DNA of 51,296 nt, from positions 1 to 51,296 of IMG/VR virus record IMGVR_UViG_3300026187_001451. The stretch is one strand, 5' to 3'. The notes below the pieces were generated by a model that had not been told where the DNA came from, ran no database searches, and saw only the letters and a program-made list of their open reading frames with translations. Numbering within the stretch: the stretch's first letter is position 1; each line of letters opens with the position of its first letter. Source of the stretch: a virus. Taxonomy: Duplodnaviria; Caudoviricetes. This document shows positions 38,268 through 47,134 of this stretch, in pieces. Made by a program: the position numbers and the translations under genes.

Positions 38268-39133
38268 ACAACTATTTTACAAACAAGAACTCATTAAACA
38301 TTCCTTGGGTTGAAAGCCCCTTCTTTTACAAAATATTAGAGCACTCTGATTACTCGGATGAAGAACGTGAGATTCTAATAAATTATCACGAAAATGGGTA
38401 CATCGTTGTCGACTTGGAATTGACTGATGAGTTCATAGATAATTTGATGAATGGTATACATTCAGAATTGGATAAATTAAAAACTCAAGATAATAGATAC
38501 CACTATTCAGACTCACCACGTGTGTTCGAAGGATGGAAAACAATACCAAACGTATTATCTCTTGCTAAACATCCTAAGTTATTATCTACTTTAGAATTGC
38601 TATATGGTCGTAAGCCTATACCATTCCAAACCATAAACTTTTTAAAGGGTAGTAATCAACCATTACACCAAGACTCAATCCATTTCTATACTCAACCTCA
38701 ACGATGGATGGTTGGTACGTGGACTGCTCTGCAAGATATGACTGAGGATTGTGGTCCATTAAATATAGTGCCAAAAAGTCATAAATGGCAACATTATAAT
38801 TTTCAAGACCTTAATTTACCAGTGGTGGATTATGGTAATCAATTTGAAAATTATGCAGAGTATGAGAACTTCTTGGTACAATTATTAGAAGCTACTAAAT
38901 TACAAAAAAAGAATTGGTTAGGTAAGAAAGGTCAGACTCTAATTTGGGCATCAAATCTACTTCACGGTGGAGCACCTATTACAAATCCAAACTCTACGCG
39001 ATTTGCACAAGCAACGCACTTCTACTTCGAAGGGTGTAACCATTATTACTCCCCAATGTTTTCGGATGTTGCAAATGGGAGATATTCAGAAAAAGACCTT
39101 TCTAAAAAGGACATAATAAATCATAAAATTTAA
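38264..39133 (+). CDS. Phytanoyl-CoA dioxygenase (PhyH) family 2OG-Fe(II) oxygenase
   Basis: ENGYIV, QPLHQD (HxD), WTALQD, GPL..VP.SH, LLHGG. Confidence 0.88.
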   Translation: MNNYFTNKNSLNIPWVESPFFYKILEHSDYSDEEREILINYHENGYIVVDLELTDEFIDNLMNGIHSELDKLKTQDNRYHYSDSPRVFEGWKTIPNVLSLAKHPKLLSTLELLYGRKPIPFQTINFLKGSNQPLHQDSIHFYTQPQRWMVGTWTALQDMTEDCGPLNIVPKSHKWQHYNFQDLNLPVVDYGNQFENYAEYENFLVQLLEATKLQKKNWLGKKGQTLIWASNLLHGGAPITNPNSTRFAQATHFYFEGCNHYYSPMFSDVANGRYSEKDLSKKDIINHKI

Positions 39134-39142
39134 CAATACTAT

Positions 39143-39784
39143 ATGAAAAAGATAGCATTTTTTGGTGGAAGTGGTGGACTTGGTACGAAAGTCATTGAAC
39201 ACTTATCTAATTACGAAGTTGATTCAATTAGTTCTAAAAAGGTCAATTTTACAAGACCATATGATATCACAAATTACTTTCATTGGAACTCCGATGTAGA
39301 TGTAGTTGTTATATTTTCAAATTATAATCATAACTCATTTGTTCATAAGTATGAGGATAATGATGTTGAATTATATAAACAAATTGATATTAACATAAAG
39401 GGTGTTACTGAATGTGTATCACGTGCTTTAAAGACTATGCGAGGTCGAGGGTATGGTAGAATTATACTTGCTTCAAGTATTACAGTAGATAGAAATGTAA
39501 TGGGAACATCACTTTATGCTGCTGGCAAGGCTTACTATGAGAACTTGGTAAAGACAATTGCCTTAGAGAATGCATCAAAAGGTATAACTGCAAATTGTAT
39601 TCAATTGGGTTATATGGATGGTGGTCTAACGTATACATTGTCTGAAGAGTTTATACAAAATACGATTAATCAAATTCCTGCAAGAAGATTGGGTGACCCA
39701 AGTGAAATCGCACAAACTATCGACTTTCTGATAAAAAATTCGTATATTAACGGAACTACAATTAAACTTACAGGGGGGTTATGA
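39143..39784 (+). CDS. Short-chain dehydrogenase/reductase (FabG-like)
   Basis: GGSGGLG, GRIILASS, YAAGK, IPARRLG, YING......GG. Confidence 0.88.
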   Translation: MKKIAFFGGSGGLGTKVIEHLSNYEVDSISSKKVNFTRPYDITNYFHWNSDVDVVVIFSNYNHNSFVHKYEDNDVELYKQIDINIKGVTECVSRALKTMRGRGYGRIILASSITVDRNVMGTSLYAAGKAYYENLVKTIALENASKGITANCIQLGYMDGGLTYTLSEEFIQNTINQIPARRLGDPSEIAQTIDFLIKNSYINGTTIKLTGGL

Positions 39785-40758
39785 GGCAATGGTTCATAAC
39801 AAATGATAAAGTTTATGATAGGGGGGTGGAAGTTCCATACTTAGGTGTACCTTACGATAAAATACAAAGTGGTGAAGTGGGTACATTACCCACGGATTAC
39901 GATGGGTGGTTTCCATTTATGAGAATGTGTTACTCGATTGGTGATTTAGCAATAGTTAGTGGGGTTTTTGAAGCAATGAAGACTAAATATCCTAATATAA
40001 AGATTGCATGGCCAAGTAATGACTATATAGACCATATTTTAGGTGATGGGTATATATCACGGTGGGACTACAATGAAAATGTGACTGCAAAAACAAATAT
40101 CGACACGATTATGGGTAATAATCCGTATATTGATAAAATATTTGGTGTAGGTGAATTTGATATGGTATTTACTGACCACGATAGGTCGTATACCTCGTTG
40201 ATACACGATGGTGAAATGATTAGGTCTACCGATGAACCTCTCGCAGAACAAATCCTCAGAAGATTTGGATTTACCGATGATGATATCAAAAATATAGATT
40301 CTCGACCAAAACTATACTTTACACAAGAGGAGGTTGATAAGTGTGAATCTATTATAAATGAGTATATTGGTAATTACGAATATGGTTGTTTATTGTTTGC
40401 AGGTAGACTTGAAAGATTTAAAGGTCGTTGGGAAAATGATTATTTGTTATTTGAGGACGCAAAACGATTCCAAAATCTACCAGTGTTCGTATACTCTCAA
40501 TATGAATTAGAAAACACCGAATGGTCTGAGTTTTTTCCTAATAGAATTGATTTTACTAAATTAGGACTTAGTATTCGTGAACAAATATATATTAAACGAA
40601 ATGCTAAATTTAACATAGGTTATCAAGGTGGTGTGACTGAAGCTTCATCGGGAGGTAAATCTGAAATGATTTCGTTATCACCATATAAAACAATACGAGA
40701 AAATTGTGTCAGAGGGTCTAAGTATATATTCTTTGATGAAACATCTAAACTTATATGA
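39781..40758 (+). CDS. Putative GT9-like glycosyltransferase
   Basis: IGDL, MKTKYPN, NNPYID, P.LYFTQEE, IGYQGG. Confidence 0.6.
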   Translation: MRQWFITNDKVYDRGVEVPYLGVPYDKIQSGEVGTLPTDYDGWFPFMRMCYSIGDLAIVSGVFEAMKTKYPNIKIAWPSNDYIDHILGDGYISRWDYNENVTAKTNIDTIMGNNPYIDKIFGVGEFDMVFTDHDRSYTSLIHDGEMIRSTDEPLAEQILRRFGFTDDDIKNIDSRPKLYFTQEEVDKCESIINEYIGNYEYGCLLFAGRLERFKGRWENDYLLFEDAKRFQNLPVFVYSQYELENTEWSEFFPNRIDFTKLGLSIREQIYIKRNAKFNIGYQGGVTEASSGGKSEMISLSPYKTIRENCVRGSKYIFFDETSKLI

Positions 40759-41675
40759 AAATAGCATTCTTCACCGAGATGGGATTCAAAGGTAAGATAC
40801 CAAGAACCCACACTAATATGAGAACTGAATTTGCTTGGATGGTTGGTTTAAATGCAGACCATTACAATTTAAATGATGTTCCAAATGTAAAGTATGATTT
40901 GGGTATTGTAATTACTCCAAAGAATTCACCAGAAAAGGTAGACCTAAATCAAATACGACATTTTTGTAATAGGGTGGGTGTGATGCAAGAAGGTCCATTT
41001 TGGTATTTCCAAGATTATGAATTGGTTAATCAAATCCACTACTACAATAATCTTGTATCGGCTGATATAATCTTTGCTCATAACGAACAAGATAGACAAT
41101 ATTATAAAGGACTCACTAATCACTCAGATGTGAGAGTTCTTCAGTCACTAATGATTGAAGACCCAATACAAAACATAACATCCCACGAAGAACGAAGTGG
41201 TATTATGATTGGTGGTAATATGAAAAGTTGGTATGGGGGGTTTGATTCCTTTATGTTAGCATCCTCAGTTACCGATGAGATATATTCACCACAAATGGGT
41301 AGAAGACAAGAAGGTGAGTCCCAACTTGGAATTACCCAACTACCATACTTAGAGTGGAGTCAATGGATTTCTGAATTGAGTAAAAGAAAAGTAGGTATCC
41401 ATATGATGAGAACTCACGCTGCAGGAACATTCGCAATGAATTGTTCTTACTTAGGAATTCCGTGTATTGGTTATGATGGGTTAGATACTCAACGAATCCT
41501 ACACCCAAACCTAACTGTGAATGATGGTGACTTAGAATCTGCAAGAAAGCTTGTAGATAAGTTATGGAATGATTTGGATTTTTACGAAGAAAATCGTATA
41601 TTAACTAAAGAACTATACAATAAATACTACTCAGAAGAAGAGTGGAAACAAAGGTTTTATAATGAATTTAAGTAA
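40755..41675 (+). CDS. Putative GT-B glycosyltransferase
   Basis: MKIAFFTE; AAGTFAMNCSYLGIPCIG resembles the GT-B nucleotide-binding region. Confidence 0.6.
   Translation: MKIAFFTEMGFKGKIPRTHTNMRTEFAWMVGLNADHYNLNDVPNVKYDLGIVITPKNSPEKVDLNQIRHFCNRVGVMQEGPFWYFQDYELVNQIHYYNNLVSADIIFAHNEQDRQYYKGLTNHSDVRVLQSLMIEDPIQNITSHEERSGIMIGGNMKSWYGGFDSFMLASSVTDEIYSPQMGRRQEGESQLGITQLPYLEWSQWISELSKRKVGIHMMRTHAAGTFAMNCSYLGIPCIGYDGLDTQRILHPNLTVNDGDLESARKLVDKLWNDLDFYEENRILTKELYNKYYSEEEWKQRFYNEFK
41573..41604 (+). promoter_or_regulatory. Intragenic promoter TTTG-N20-TATATTAA
   Basis: Exact motif spacing inside the 3' end of 40755..41675, upstream of ATG 41662. Confidence 0.5.
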
Positions 41676-42855
41676 GAAAGACATATCATTCATCCAACCA
41701 AGTCGTAACAACTTGAAATACCTCAAGTGGTCGTACGAGTCAATCAGAAAGAATGCGGGAGACGACCCAACTATTTGTGTTGCTGATGACTTTAGTAACG
41801 ATGGTACTTGGGAGTGGTGTCAAGAAATGATGGAGAAAGACCCAAATTTCAAAGCAATCCGAAATGAAGGACCAACTCGATTGGGTCATACCATTTTATA
41901 TGATAGACTGATTAACGAAGTAGCACCAACCAAAATCGTAGGTATCTATCACGCAGATATGTATCTATGTCCTGGTGCTTTGGAATCTGTATTAGAACAC
42001 ATTGGACCACAAACGGTGGTATCACTTACTCGTATCGAACCACCACTACACCCAGATGGACCTGAAAAAGTTTTGATGGATTGGAAGACTGAACCCGAAG
42101 ACTTTGATGAAGATAGGTTCTTAGAGTGGTTTAAAACTGGTGAGGGTAGATATAAACACGGAAAGACTACTGAGGGTATTTTTGCTCCTTGGTTCTTGAT
42201 GAAAGAAGACTTCCAATCTATTGGTGGTCACGACCCATTATACGCACCACAATCAAAGGAAGACTCGGACATCTTCAATCGTTTCCTTCTAAATGGATAT
42301 GAGTTCATTCAGACTTGGGATGGTGCAGTGTATCATATGACTTGTAGAGGTTCAAGATACAACCCTACACTAACTGAAGTTGGTAAGGAATCAGATGAGT
42401 GGTTAGCACAAAATGTAAGGTCAACTCGTAACTTCATTCGTAAGTGGGGTCACTTTGTGAAACACGATAAGTTGATGAAGCCAGTTATACCACACAAATA
42501 TGATATTCAATTCAGAATATTCAATGCTAATGAAAAGATTCTAAATATGTTAGAACCTTGGTGTAGTAACATATATGTTGATATACCCGATGGTGATGTG
42601 GAACACTATATTGAATTAGAACAACCAAACACTAAGTTTGACCTATCAACCCGAATCAATGTAGAAGGTGTTGATTCCGATATCATAGTGAGATTTGATG
42701 CCCGTTCACTCACTCAGAACTCGTTTAACTTCATTCAAAATTTATCGGAAATCTTTGATTTTAACGAATTTGAGATTGGTGAGTATGAATTCGACATATT
42801 TAATATAAAGGTTAATCGTGTAAAACATTACGAAACTCAGTTAGTGAAACTATGA
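41662..42855 (+). CDS. GT2 glycosyltransferase
   Basis: ISFIQPSRNN, ADDFSNDGT, HADM, F..IGGHD, EDSD, VYH. Confidence 0.88.
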   Translation: MNLSKKDISFIQPSRNNLKYLKWSYESIRKNAGDDPTICVADDFSNDGTWEWCQEMMEKDPNFKAIRNEGPTRLGHTILYDRLINEVAPTKIVGIYHADMYLCPGALESVLEHIGPQTVVSLTRIEPPLHPDGPEKVLMDWKTEPEDFDEDRFLEWFKTGEGRYKHGKTTEGIFAPWFLMKEDFQSIGGHDPLYAPQSKEDSDIFNRFLLNGYEFIQTWDGAVYHMTCRGSRYNPTLTEVGKESDEWLAQNVRSTRNFIRKWGHFVKHDKLMKPVIPHKYDIQFRIFNANEKILNMLEPWCSNIYVDIPDGDVEHYIELEQPNTKFDLSTRINVEGVDSDIIVRFDARSLTQNSFNFIQNLSEIFDFNEFEIGEYEFDIFNIKVNRVKHYETQLVKL

Positions 42856-43097
42856 GATACTTTATATTACTACCAGAAGACAACGAGCAGGATGTAGATT
42901 ATTCAACAAACATCTTGGGTGAAACCTCCTTTAAAAACTTTTGGGCAGACCAAGGGTTTGAGATTCTCGTTAGATTGGTAGAAAAGTATCCCGACACCTT
43001 AGAAGAGGTAAGAATCAAAGATGAACAATCTAAATCTTATTCCGTAGAACAATTCTTGGAGAAAATTAAAAAGTTAAAGGTAATCCGCAATGGGTAA
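42852..43097 (+). CDS. Hypothetical protein
   Basis: 81 aa, ATGA-coupled to the upstream gene. Confidence 0.65.
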   Translation: MRYFILLPEDNEQDVDYSTNILGETSFKNFWADQGFEILVRLVEKYPDTLEEVRIKDEQSKSYSVEQFLEKIKKLKVIRNG

Positions 43098-43275
43098 AAT
43101 TAACATTAACGACCTCGATACCTTCGAGGAAGATTATACTACTTATGAAAAATTTACAAAATCTAATAGGAAACAAGGTCGAACTAAAGATGACCTATTC
43201 GAACCATCGGGGCAGTCTTTTGATGGGAGAAAAAGTGACTCTTTTATCAGTAAACGAACAAAAGCGAGAAGTTAA
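43090..43275 (+). CDS. Hypothetical protein (overlaps the next ORF)
   Basis: 61 aa; its start overlaps the upstream stop. Confidence 0.4.
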   Translation: MGKININDLDTFEEDYTTYEKFTKSNRKQGRTKDDLFEPSGQSFDGRKSDSFISKRTKARS

Positions 43276-43339
43276 TATTTCCGACCCATTTGGTGTTGAT
43301 TGGATAGTTCCTTTCGAATTCATCAATACTTATATATAA
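43145..43339 (+). CDS. Hypothetical protein (SH3-like pattern)
   Basis: 64 aa; IGNKVELK...GEKVTLL...V.ISDPFG..WIVP. Confidence 0.45.
   Translation: MKNLQNLIGNKVELKMTYSNHRGSLLMGEKVTLLSVNEQKREVNISDPFGVDWIVPFEFINTYI
43327..43334 (+). promoter_or_regulatory. Putative late promoter TACTTATA
   Basis: Upstream of 43353 and the endolysin; recurs at 44442 and 50985. Confidence 0.5.
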
Positions 43340-43352
43340 AGGGGAATTACCA

Positions 43353-43508
43353 ATGGGAAGTTTGACAAAATATGAGGAAGCACTTGAAAGATTGATAAAG
43401 TCAATCGATGAAAAGTGGTCGGATTCATACAAAAAGTCAATCGATTGTAATAATCCAAAAGGTTTCAGTCAAAAAGCACATTGTGCTGGTAAGAAAAAAA
43501 GGGGATAA
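43353..43508 (+). CDS. Small conserved phage protein (absent from the ORF track)
   Basis: 51 aa ...EKWSDSYKKSIDCNNPKGFSQKAHCAGKKK, a motif I recall from large T4-like phages; function unknown. Confidence 0.7.
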   Translation: MGSLTKYEEALERLIKSIDEKWSDSYKKSIDCNNPKGFSQKAHCAGKKKRG

Positions 43509-43511
43509 TAT

Positions 43512-44435
43512 ATGTTACTAAAAGTTGGTTCACGTGGTGAACTCGTAAAAGATGTACAAGAAGTCGTTGGTGTTGCTGCCGATGGTATCTTTGGAAAAGG
43601 AACTGCTGAAGCAGTAAAGAAATGGCAAGCAGCCAATGGTTTAGATGCTGATGGGTTAGTTGGTAGAGGAACTCTTGCTAAGATGGAATTGTTGGATACT
43701 GATAATGGTTCAGGTACAGCAAAGCCAGAAGATGCAAAAGGTCTATACACTAAGAAACCATACAAAACATCAAATGGTTTGGAAATTGTAGAATTCTTCA
43801 TGCCAGAAGATGAATACAAAAAAGGTCCTATCAATGCAGAGTGGGTGTTCTTACACCATACTGCTGGATGGCACAATCCTTACAATGTAATCAAACAATG
43901 GGATGCTGATAAGAATGGTGCAATCTCAACTGAGTTTGTTCTCGGTGGTCCTTCTTGTAAAGGAAATGATGAGAAATACGATGGTGAAATGGTTCAAGCA
44001 TTCCCTGCTGGAAACTGGGGATATCACTTGGGTAAGAATGGTTCACAAAAGATGCACGTTAACTCAGTAGGTGTTGAGGTGTGTAACTTTGGTTATGTGA
44101 AAGATGGTAAGACATATGCCGGTGCAAGTGTTGAAGAATCACAAATCGTAACATTGGATAAACCATTTAGAGGTCACTCAACTTGGCATCGTTACTCTGA
44201 TAAACAAATCGAAGCATTGAAACTTTGGTTGGAGTTTATCGCAGAGAGAGATAACATTGATATCAGAGCAGGACTTCCAGCATTGATTAAAGAAAAAGGT
44301 GCTGATGCATTTGAATTCAACGAAGATGCATACTATGGTAAAGTTAAGGGTGTTTGGACACATACCAACACTCGTAAAGATAAGTTCGATATGTTCCCTC
44401 AACAAGAACTATTGGATATGTTGGTAAGTCTATAA
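43512..44435 (+). CDS. Endolysin: peptidoglycan-binding domain plus N-acetylmuramoyl-L-alanine amidase
   Basis: LKVGSRGELVK.VQ, DGIFG..T..AVKKWQ..NGL..DG.VG..T; LHHTAG, SVGVEVCN, Y.DKQIEAL, HTN.RKDKFD. Confidence 0.9.
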   Translation: MLLKVGSRGELVKDVQEVVGVAADGIFGKGTAEAVKKWQAANGLDADGLVGRGTLAKMELLDTDNGSGTAKPEDAKGLYTKKPYKTSNGLEIVEFFMPEDEYKKGPINAEWVFLHHTAGWHNPYNVIKQWDADKNGAISTEFVLGGPSCKGNDEKYDGEMVQAFPAGNWGYHLGKNGSQKMHVNSVGVEVCNFGYVKDGKTYAGASVEESQIVTLDKPFRGHSTWHRYSDKQIEALKLWLEFIAERDNIDIRAGLPALIKEKGADAFEFNEDAYYGKVKGVWTHTNTRKDKFDMFPQQELLDMLVSL

Positions 44436-44441
44436 TAGACA

Positions 44442-44449
44442 TACTTATA
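44442..44449 (+). promoter_or_regulatory. Putative late promoter TACTTATA
   Basis: Intergenic, upstream of the holin-like gene. Confidence 0.5.
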
Positions 44450-44464
44450 ATAAGAAATAATAAC

Positions 44465-44491
44465 AATCAGTCACATAATCAGTCACATAAT
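44465..44491 (+). repeat. 12-bp tandem repeat (AATCAGTCACAT)x2 plus AAT
   Basis: Read directly from the intergenic sequence. Confidence 0.9.
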
Positions 44492-44505
44492 TCAAGTTTC
44501 GTAAT

Positions 44506-44760
44506 ATGAAATATATTTGGAGAAAAATTATGGCATTCACGGACATCTTTAAAGATGATAACGAATACAACGAAAAAAACATCGTTGGGTTCTTGTCATT
44601 TGCAGTTATGGCCATCTTTGCAGGCGCTGACATTGTAACTGGTATTTTGGGTAAAGACTTAGTAATTACTGATACTATCTTTAACTCATTTGTAATCATT
44701 ACTCTCGGTTCGTTTGGTATCGATGGTGCTGCCAAAATCTTCGGTAAAAAAGAAGACTAA
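44506..44760 (+). CDS. Holin-like two-TM membrane protein
   Basis: Two hydrophobic segments and a charged C-tail (KIFGKKED), directly after the endolysin; alternative start ATG 44530. Confidence 0.6.
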   Translation: MKYIWRKIMAFTDIFKDDNEYNEKNIVGFLSFAVMAIFAGADIVTGILGKDLVITDTIFNSFVIITLGSFGIDGAAKIFGKKED

Positions 44761-44765
44761 CAACT

Positions 44766-44807
44766 AAGTAAAGTGGGGTGGCAGAGTGTCACCCCATAAT
44801 ACTTTTT
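44766..44807 (+). terminator. Stem-loop, probable intrinsic terminator
   Basis: TGGGGTGGCA-GAG-TGTCACCCCA, extendable by AAGTA/TACTT, followed by a T run. Confidence 0.55.
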
Positions 44808-44820
44808 ATAGGAGCGAGAA

Positions 44821-46752
44821 ATGATTAAAAAACTACTAACGACCCTTGCCGTAATAGCAGGGTTTTATTCGTTTGGGCAGGGTAATGGTTATAGTGAGAT
44901 ACTAACACCACCTAACTCAAACTCAGCATTCATCCTTGTGGATACTCTATTCACATTAGAAGAGTCAACCGTAGGTTATACTGAAATCTACGTACACTTT
45001 AGTAATCCAACTGCTGATAATGTAAAAGCAGTTCAGTTTCAAATCAACTACGATGTTAATGCATTTTCAAGTGCTGAAATCTACTGGGGCCCTGTTGCTC
45101 AAACAGTAACCGATAAGTATGGTAGTTACTTTGACAACAATGGTGTTTTAAATGTTATTGCATCTTACACTGGTAACTCTACTACGTTCAATTGGAACGA
45201 TGGTGCAATGTTTAAAATGAAGTTGAACAACTCTGCTATATACAACTCAGAGTCAGATTCCATCTTCTTCGACCCAACTACAACATACCAATCATTATAC
45301 ACGACTGGTAATGGTGTAGATAACACATTAGGGTTAGAGAACTATGGTGGTAACTTCCAACAACCAATCATCAACTATCCAATCCACGTTTACAACGTAG
45401 ATAGTTCAGATGCTCAAGGAGTATGGTACTCTGCATTTGCAAGACACAAAGATTCTACTCAATTGGGATGGACTTTGATTGAGACTGATTCAACTAACTC
45501 AGATGGTATTGCGATTATAACTACACCATTAGATACAAGTAAATACCACTTACGTTTAGTAGGTCAGACTGATACAATGTCTGATGGATTTGCATTATCA
45601 ATCACCGATGCATACAAGTTGGCAAACCACGCATCACAACAAGACACCTTAAAGGGTATCGAGTGGTTACAAGGTGATATCAACGAAGATAGTAACATCT
45701 CTATCTCAGATGCATTTGGTATGTTTAATAGATTGGCATTACAAGCAAACACTTGGAATTCACTATTCAATGGTGTATACAACACAACTTTATTAACTCC
45801 AACTGCTTATCAAGCTGCACTACAATCACAATCAGCACCACTTTGGTCTTTGGCTCCAAGACAATATACTATTGATACTATTCAAAATGGTAATGATTCT
45901 GCAATTGCATTCTTATATGTTGTAGGTGATGTAACAAACACTGGTTACAATAACCCAGCAGTATTGGTTGCTAAGATGGCAGACCCAACTGCTGGAACTG
46001 ACTATATCTTAGACCCAGCAGTTTATATGGATAATATCGATGATACGGTACAATTCCATATTCCTAAACTGACTATGACTGATGAGTTCACTATGGAAGT
46101 TCCAATCACACTCTACACCTTTGGTAATGAGTTAGGGGCAATCCAAATGGGTATTGAATTCGATACTACAATATTCTCGTTCAACTCAATCCAAATGGGT
46201 GATGCTACTTCTAAATGGACTTCGGTTCTATCGGTAGAAGATGGTAGAGTATTTTGGGCAGGTCACGAAGATAAACTAAACCCAGCATTGGTAACTAACA
46301 TCACCACTCAATTTACATTTGTGTTTGATGTAGACCAACCAACTGGATGGACCACTTCACCATTGAAAATCTTTGGTAAGGCAGCAGGTGATGAGTTCGC
46401 AAATGATGTGAATATCAAACCTTCACCAAACGATGGTTCAGTAGTGAATAGAATCTCAATCGACCCAGAGTTGTTAGAATTGATGGAAGGGTTCAAAGTA
46501 TACCCTAACCCAACTAACGATATGTATGGTAATTGGATTGTGTTTGAATACCACACCGAGTTAGAAAGTGGTGAAATCAACGCAGTTGTATACGATACTT
46601 ACGGAAGAGAAGCAATGAGATGGAACGACCAAATCTATAACAATGGTTTCCAACTCCAAGGATTTACTTTAGAAGAATTACCAAAGGGTATCTACTTCGT
46701 AAGATTGACTACACCTGATAGAGACAAAACATATAGAGTAATTAAAGGATAA
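44821..46752 (+). CDS. Secreted protein with cohesin-like and dockerin-like domains and a T9SS C-terminal sorting domain
   Basis: Signal peptide ...YSFG|Q; cohesin-like VKAVQFQINYD and VPITL...LGAIQMGIEFD; EF-hand/dockerin GDINEDSNISISDA; C-terminal FKVYPNPT...VYDTYGR...LPKGIYFVRL...RVIK. Confidence 0.8.
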   Translation: MIKKLLTTLAVIAGFYSFGQGNGYSEILTPPNSNSAFILVDTLFTLEESTVGYTEIYVHFSNPTADNVKAVQFQINYDVNAFSSAEIYWGPVAQTVTDKYGSYFDNNGVLNVIASYTGNSTTFNWNDGAMFKMKLNNSAIYNSESDSIFFDPTTTYQSLYTTGNGVDNTLGLENYGGNFQQPIINYPIHVYNVDSSDAQGVWYSAFARHKDSTQLGWTLIETDSTNSDGIAIITTPLDTSKYHLRLVGQTDTMSDGFALSITDAYKLANHASQQDTLKGIEWLQGDINEDSNISISDAFGMFNRLALQANTWNSLFNGVYNTTLLTPTAYQAALQSQSAPLWSLAPRQYTIDTIQNGNDSAIAFLYVVGDVTNTGYNNPAVLVAKMADPTAGTDYILDPAVYMDNIDDTVQFHIPKLTMTDEFTMEVPITLYTFGNELGAIQMGIEFDTTIFSFNSIQMGDATSKWTSVLSVEDGRVFWAGHEDKLNPALVTNITTQFTFVFDVDQPTGWTTSPLKIFGKAAGDEFANDVNIKPSPNDGSVVNRISIDPELLELMEGFKVYPNPTNDMYGNWIVFEYHTELESGEINAVVYDTYGREAMRWNDQIYNNGFQLQGFTLEELPKGIYFVRLTTPDRDKTYRVIKG

Positions 46753-46753
46753 T

Positions 46754-47134
46754 ATGAAAGAAGAAATCAAAGAGGGGATGTCCTCACTTAAAAAAGGTAT
46801 CATCGCAACTGCAGGGACAATGGTCGCTGCAGTTGGTACTTTTGTAACAACTCAATTCAATTCAATCTTGGGTATTGAAGAAGAATCAGATGCTCCAACT
46901 GAAATGGTAGCACCAGTTGAAAACAACAACTCACAACAACAAAATGTGAATGTAAGTGGTCCTGAGATTATCATCAATATACCGCAACAACAAACTCCCC
47001 CACCAACTAAAACTATCATCAGAGAGACTGTTAAGGAAGTTCCTGCAGCACCTGTTGAGGTGGTCGAAGAGAAGCCAGAAACTCCAATGGAAAGAATGGC
47101 GAGATTGAAGAAAATGAGAGAGGAAAATAAGTAA
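46754..47134 (+). CDS. Membrane-anchored hypothetical protein with Pro/Gln-rich stalk
   Basis: One N-terminal hydrophobic helix, then low-complexity P/E/Q sequence. Confidence 0.65.
   Translation: MKEEIKEGMSSLKKGIIATAGTMVAAVGTFVTTQFNSILGIEEESDAPTEMVAPVENNNSQQQNVNVSGPEIIINIPQQQTPPPTKTIIRETVKEVPAAPVEVVEEKPETPMERMARLKKMREENK

Noticed and set aside
43469-43876. 135-aa minus-strand ORF
   Set aside because: Antisense to the well-supported endolysin; no recognisable features.
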